Under the pieces are notes generated by a model. It saw nothing but the letters and a program-made list of their open reading frames with translations, was not told the origin of the DNA and ran no database searches. A stretch of 62,849 nucleotides of DNA, the filler included, from Pirum gemmata (Eukaryota): the NCBI GenBank assembly GCA_002812295.1. It is 23 parts of 23 records of this genome, joined end to end, with 100 filler letters (N's around TTAATTAATTAA, not from the genome) between each part and the next. Parts side by side here need not be neighbours in the genome. Positions count along the whole stretch, not along the records: positions 56,985 to 60,279 come from PDIN01006085.1; positions 60,380 to 62,849 come from PDIN01006086.1; 21 more parts are not named here. The stretch is one strand, 5' to 3'. Shown here in pieces: positions 60,168 through 62,849 of the stretch. Within the stretch, counting starts at the first letter, position 1. Each line of letters starts with the position of its first letter. The translations under genes and the position numbers were made by a program.

Positions 60168-60656
60168 CTATATGAAAATGTAATGACCAAAATGACAACA
60201 GTAACAACAATAATAACAATAAAATAATGATGATGTTGATGATGATGATAATGATAAAAATGATAATAATAATAATAATNNNNNNNNNNNNNNNNNNNNN
60301 NNNNNNNNNNNNNNNNNNNNNNNTTAATTAATTAANNNNNNNNNNNNNNNNNNNNNNNNNNNNNNNNNNNNNNNNNNNNAAATGTTCAAAAAAAGTATAA
60401 ATAGGAGGAAAAATTTTGGAGAAAAAAAAAAAAAAAATTAAACAACGAAAATAATTTACTAATAATATATATAAAAAAAAAGGAGAAAAAGAAGAAAGAA
60501 TATAAAATAATAATAATAATATATAAAAAATAACAATAAAATAATTCTATAATAATAATAATAATAATTAACAGAATTTATAAATTTTTTTGGTATTAAA
60601 AAAAAAGTTATCGTTAGGAAAGGAGGACTGGTGAAAGAATTTAAAAAAAAAATAAA

Positions 60657-62594
60657 ATGCCAGTGTCCACTGAAAAGAAACTTGCGATCGGTATCGATCT
60701 AGGTACCACTTATTCTTGTGTGGGTGTATACCAACACGGAAAAGTCGAAATCATCGCTAATGACCAAGGCAATTACACTACCCCTTCCTTTGTTGCATTT
60801 AATGATAATGAACGATTGATTGGAGATGCGGCCAAAAATCAAGTTGCCATGAACCCAGCCAATACTATTTTTGATGCAAAACGACTAATTGGACGTAAAT
60901 ACCATGATAAAGAAGTACAAGATGATGCTAAACATTTTCCTTTTGCCATTCGAGAGAAAAACAACAAGCCAGTTATACAAGTACAGTTCAAACACGAACT
61001 TAAAACTTTTTCGCCTGAAGAAATATCTGCAATGGTATTAACGAAAATGAAATCGGTTGCTGAAAGTCATTTAGGTTATGAAGTTAAAGAAGCTGTGATT
61101 ACGGTACCAGCTTATTTCAATGATTCCCAACGTCAAGCCACTAAAGACGCAGGTCAAATTTCAGGTTTGAATGTACTACGAATTATCAATGAGCCGACGG
61201 CTGCTGCTATTGCTTATGGCTTGGATAAAAAAGTTTCCCAAGAGCAAAATGTATTGATTTTTGATTTGGGTGGAGGTACCTTTGATGTTTCAATTTTGAG
61301 CATTGAAGACGGTGTATTTGAAGTGAAAGCCACTGCCGGTAATACACATTTAGGAGGTGAAGATTTCGACAACAAGTTGGTAGACCATTTTGTCAAAGTG
61401 TTTGAACAGAAATACCACAAACCAGGCATGAAGCATAACGCAAGATCATTAAGACGCTTAAGAACGGCTTGCGAGCGAGCGAAACGCTCTTTATCTGCCT
61501 CCGCACAAGCGAAAATTGAGATAGATTCTTTATTCGAAGGAATTGATTTTTACGAGACCATCACTCGATCCCGATTCGAACAATTGTGCATGGATTTATT
61601 TAAAGAAACTATCGTTCCGGTCGAAAAATGCTTGAAAGATGCTAAACTTTCAAAAGCCCAAATTCACCAAGTCGTTCTCGTGGGTGGCTCTACTCGTATT
61701 CCAAAAATTCAAGACTTGCTTACCAAATGCTTTAACGGCAAAGAATTGAATCGCTCTATCAACCCTGATGAAGCTGTCGCGTATGGTGCAGCTGTGCAAG
61801 CAGCCATTTTAACACAAAATGTAAGCGATGATACCAAAAATTTATTGTTGATTGATGTAGCTCCATTATCACTAGGTATTGAAACCGCAGGTGGTGTAAT
61901 GAGTAAAATTATTGAACGATCCACCACTATTCCAACAAAGCAAACCCAGACCTTTACCACTTACGCCGACAACCAACCTGGGGTGAATATCAAAGTTTTT
62001 GAAGGTGAACGAGCTTTGACAAAGGATAACCATTTACTAGGAGATTTTGATTTATCTGGTATCCCTCCTGCCCCACGCGGAACACCACAAATCGAAGTAA
62101 CTTTTGATGTGGATGCAAACGGAATTTTGAACGTTAGTGCTATGGATAAATCCACCGGTAAAGAAAACAAAATTACAATTACAAATGACAAAGGAAGGTT
62201 ATCTGAAAGTGAAATAAAAGCAATGTTGGACGAAGCTGAAAAATTCAAAGACCAAGATGATAAACAACGAGAAAATATTACTGCTAAAAATACTTTGGAG
62301 TCTTACACCTTTCAAGTACAAAACACTCTAGACGACGAAAAATTGAAGGGTAAATTATCTGAAGACGACAAAGCCAACGTAAAGGCAAAATGTGATGAAA
62401 TCATGAGTTGGTTAGATGGTAATATGCATGCAGATAAAAGTGAATATGAAAGCAAAAAGAAAGAACTTGAAACTTTGTCACAACCAATTTTTGCAAAGTT
62501 ATACAGTGCAGGCGGATTCGATGGTAGTGCTGCGCCTGGAGCTGATATGAATAACAATGGTGGGCAAGGACCAACTATCGAAGAAGTGGATTGA
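60657..62594 (+). CDS. HSP70: Cytosolic Hsp70 chaperone, intronless
   Basis: [34 protein letters not shown] and C-terminal GPTIEEVD. Confidence 0.99.
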   Translation: MPVSTEKKLAIGIDLGTTYSCVGVYQHGKVEIIANDQGNYTTPSFVAFNDNERLIGDAAKNQVAMNPANTIFDAKRLIGRKYHDKEVQDDAKHFPFAIREKNNKPVIQVQFKHELKTFSPEEISAMVLTKMKSVAESHLGYEVKEAVITVPAYFNDSQRQATKDAGQISGLNVLRIINEPTAAAIAYGLDKKVSQEQNVLIFDLGGGTFDVSILSIEDGVFEVKATAGNTHLGGEDFDNKLVDHFVKVFEQKYHKPGMKHNARSLRRLRTACERAKRSLSASAQAKIEIDSLFEGIDFYETITRSRFEQLCMDLFKETIVPVEKCLKDAKLSKAQIHQVVLVGGSTRIPKIQDLLTKCFNGKELNRSINPDEAVAYGAAVQAAILTQNVSDDTKNLLLIDVAPLSLGIETAGGVMSKIIERSTTIPTKQTQTFTTYADNQPGVNIKVFEGERALTKDNHLLGDFDLSGIPPAPRGTPQIEVTFDVDANGILNVSAMDKSTGKENKITITNDKGRLSESEIKAMLDEAEKFKDQDDKQRENITAKNTLESYTFQVQNTLDDEKLKGKLSEDDKANVKAKCDEIMSWLDGNMHADKSEYESKKKELETLSQPIFAKLYSAGGFDGSAAPGADMNNNGGQGPTIEEVD

Positions 62595-62741
62595 AGTAAA
62601 TGTTAGTTTTTTGTAAATGTTTTTGTGTGTGTGATAATAATTTGCTAATTATATGTAATAAAAAATAAATAATAAAATAAAAAATAAAATAAAAAAGAAA
62701 AACCTCTTTGAATTTTTCTCAAGGACTTCAAGAAATCTTTA

Positions 62742-62788
<47 letters not shown>

Positions 62789-62849
62789 TAATTATAATTA
62801 TATAATCATAATGATAAAGATAAATAATAATAATAATAATAATAATAAT

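Overview
This is not a contiguous locus. It is 23 small, very AT-rich eukaryotic scaffolds (mostly ~2.5 kb) concatenated with 22 artificial 100-bp linkers (44 N + TTAATTAATTAA + 44 N), so neighbourhood across linkers means nothing. GT-AG introns, TTAGGG repeats and the gene set suggest a unicellular holozoan-like protist, possibly an ichthyosporean (inference). Genes recognised from the sequence: huntingtin (4 exons), a SNAP-25-like SNARE, a CREB-like bZIP, GNPTAB/Stealth, a thymidylate synthase exon, cathepsin B, cytosolic Hsp70, a RING-HC ligase, an EsV-1-7-repeat protein and a KOW/SH3-repeat protein. The best candidate for something undescribed is at 34395-37348: a bacterial-type Ca-dependent PI-phospholipase C domain spliced in frame to a Tweety-like membrane module, with a matching Tweety-like last-TM exon on the same scaffold. 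Second is an intron-containing CBM1-CotH kinase-Cys-repeat protein (46743-49092), next to a Cys-repeat/LysM-like gene with an in-frame TGA. Intergenic DNA is dense in several MITE families, interstitial telomere-like arrays and short CTAG/AGTC insertions. Family assignments come from motif recognition only; no searches were run.
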